From Felis catus (taxonomy: Eukaryota), in the NCBI RefSeq assembly GCF_018350175.1, contig NC_058368.1, positions 236,470,001 through 236,534,000 of the forward strand: a stretch of DNA of 64,000 nt, in the 5' to 3' direction. Below the pieces are notes generated by a model. That model was not told where the DNA came from, made no database searches, and saw only the letters and a list, made by a program, of their open reading frames with translations. This document shows, piece by piece, positions 62,373-64,000 of the stretch. Each line of letters begins with the position of its first letter. The stretch's first letter is position 1. The position numbers were made by a program, and so were the translations under genes.

Positions 62373-62662
62373 AAAAGAATGAAAGTTTGCCATTTACAAC
62401 AACATGGATGGAACTAGAGTGTATTATGCTAAGTGAAATAAATCAGTCAGAGAAAGACAAATATCATATGATTTCACTCGTATGTGGGATTTAAGAAACA
62501 AAACAGATGAAATAGGGGAAGGGAAGGAAAAACAAAGTAAGATAAAAACCGAGAGGGAGACAAACCATAAGAGACTGTTATACAGAGAACAAACTGTGGG
62601 TTGATGGAGGGGAGTGGATGGGGCGATGGGCTAAGTAGGTATTAAGCATTAAGTGGGTATTT

Positions 62663-62789
62663 GGGGACTCCTGGGTGGCTCAGTCGGTTAAGTGTCTGAG
62701 TCTTGATTTCTGCTCAGGTAATGATCTCACTGTTCGTGAGTTTGAACCCCACGTCAGGATCCTTGCTAACAGCACAGAGCCTGCTTAGG

Positions 62790-62837
<48 letters not shown>

Positions 62838-62889
62838 CTCTCTCTGCCCCTGCCCCCCTCAAAAATAAATAAATAAAAACTTAAAAAAA
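62663..62889 (+). mobile_element. Can-SINE nested in the L1 3'UTR
   Basis: ggggactcctgggtggctcagtcgg head, long (CT)n, AATAAA tail. Confidence 0.95.
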
Positions 62890-63334
62890 AGGAGGGCACT
62901 TGTTGGGATGAACACAAGGTGTTGTATGTAAGTGATGAATCACTAAATTTTACTTCTTAAACCAGCACTACATATATGTTAACTAACTTGAATTTGAATT
63001 TAAAAAAATCCTCATTCACAGCATTCAATTCAGTCATTTATTTGCATGATAAAAACATTAAATACACACTTGAACTGTCTCTTCAGGGGCTTGAAAGGTA
63101 TACAAAGGGCAAAAACACATTTTCACACATTGACAGACATGAATGAACTAGTTTACTTTCACCAGTTGAAATGGAGACAAAAAGAAGAAGGAATAAATAA
63201 ACCGATAAAATGCAATAAACTGTTTTATTGGGGGAATTTTGTATATGTGTCTCTCTCTGTGGGTTTACGTGCAAGTGTGTATTTTAACTGAATCAATACC
63301 CTGCACTGTGATTTAGTGTTTCTGCGGGTTTTGT

Positions 63335-63544
63335 TCTTTTTTTTTAATGTTTATTTATTTCTGAGACAGAGACAGAGCATGAGAGGGGCAGGGGCATAGA
63401 GAGAGGGAGACACAGAATCAGAAGCCAGCTCCAGGCTCCGAGCTGTCGGCACAGAGCCCAACGCGGGTCTCGAACCCACAGACCACGAAATCGTGACCTG
63501 AGCCGAAGTCCGTCGCTCAACCGACTGAGCCACCCAGGCGCCCC
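63335..63544 (-). mobile_element. Can-SINE (SINEC_Fc)
   Basis: TSD tctgcRggttt at 63321 and 63545. Confidence 0.97.
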
Positions 63545-63649
63545 TCTGCAGGTTTCTTAAAAACTGTGATGAACTCACTGCACTCGCTAACTAAATTGAG
63601 CACACCTCGTTAAAAATTGTTGTGTGGTCCAAGACCAGCTGCAGGATGC

Positions 63650-63750
63650 CCTCAGTGACCTTGACCCTGTCCCCCAACCTTAGTTTTGGTTTCCTCATCT
63701 GAAATTGAGCTGGTAATCACCAGCCCCCCAGCAGGATTTTAAGGAACAGA
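63650..63750 (+). mobile_element. MIR core fragment
   Basis: gtgaccttg...ggtttcctcatctgaaattgagctggtaatc. Confidence 0.65.
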
Positions 63751-64000
63751 GCCAGCAGCGAAGCCCCAACCCCTGCTTCATGCCTGGCGCATGTCCATTG
63801 TCGCGGGAGCATCATGGCTGTGCCTTCTGTGCAGGCTGAGTCTCTGGGGGAGGTCATTCTGGCTTCAGTCCTGAGAGTCTGGTCCCCAGTGTTGTCACCC
63901 ATTTGTTTTCCACTAGTAGCCCCAGAGGCACATGGTGACCCCTGCAGTAACTGAGTGCCAAGGGGGCAGTGGCTCCCTGGATGGCGGGGGTGTCCTGAGG

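Larger units (their letters stand above)
61650..63008 (+). mobile_element. 5'-truncated carnivore L1 (ORF2 C-terminus plus 3'UTR) carrying two SINE insertions
   Basis: Frameshifted ORF2 motifs ([35 protein letters not shown]); carnivore-type 3'UTR ending aactaacttgaattt plus A-tail. Confidence 0.93.

Noticed and set aside
333..63544. tRNA-like A/B boxes and dispersed near-identical repeats suggesting tRNA genes or a CRISPR-like array
   Set aside because: All are Can-SINE heads; there is no cloverleaf gene and no regular repeat-spacer periodicity, and the context is eukaryotic.

Overview
Mammalian, non-coding genomic DNA from a cat-family carnivore, inferred from about 24 tRNA-derived Can-SINEs of the feliform SINEC_Fc type, many with clear target-site duplications (TSDs). 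I see no credible protein-coding exon, RNA gene or prokaryote-type system. The listed ORFs are short and either come from SINE, L1 or microsatellite sequence or resemble no protein I recognise. The window is a mosaic of Can-SINEs, L1 3' fragments, MLT1/MLT2/LTR16 LTR relics, MIR/L2 relics, a MER58A, two copies of a Tigger-like DNA transposon and simple repeats. Between them lie about eight repeat-free blocks rich in homeodomain, GATA, SOX, TCF, MEIS and PBX-HOX motifs. These look like conserved enhancers in a large intron or gene desert near a developmental regulator, but that is inference and I cannot name the locus. The most unusual features seen directly are two perfect inverted repeats (24 and 26 bp) each bracketing a TA-rich microsatellite, a 5'-inverted (twin-primed) L1, and two same-orientation copies of a TcMar-Tigger-like element 850 bp apart. 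I found no evidence for a wholly new biological system. Repeat family names come from recalled consensus sequences and boundaries are approximate.
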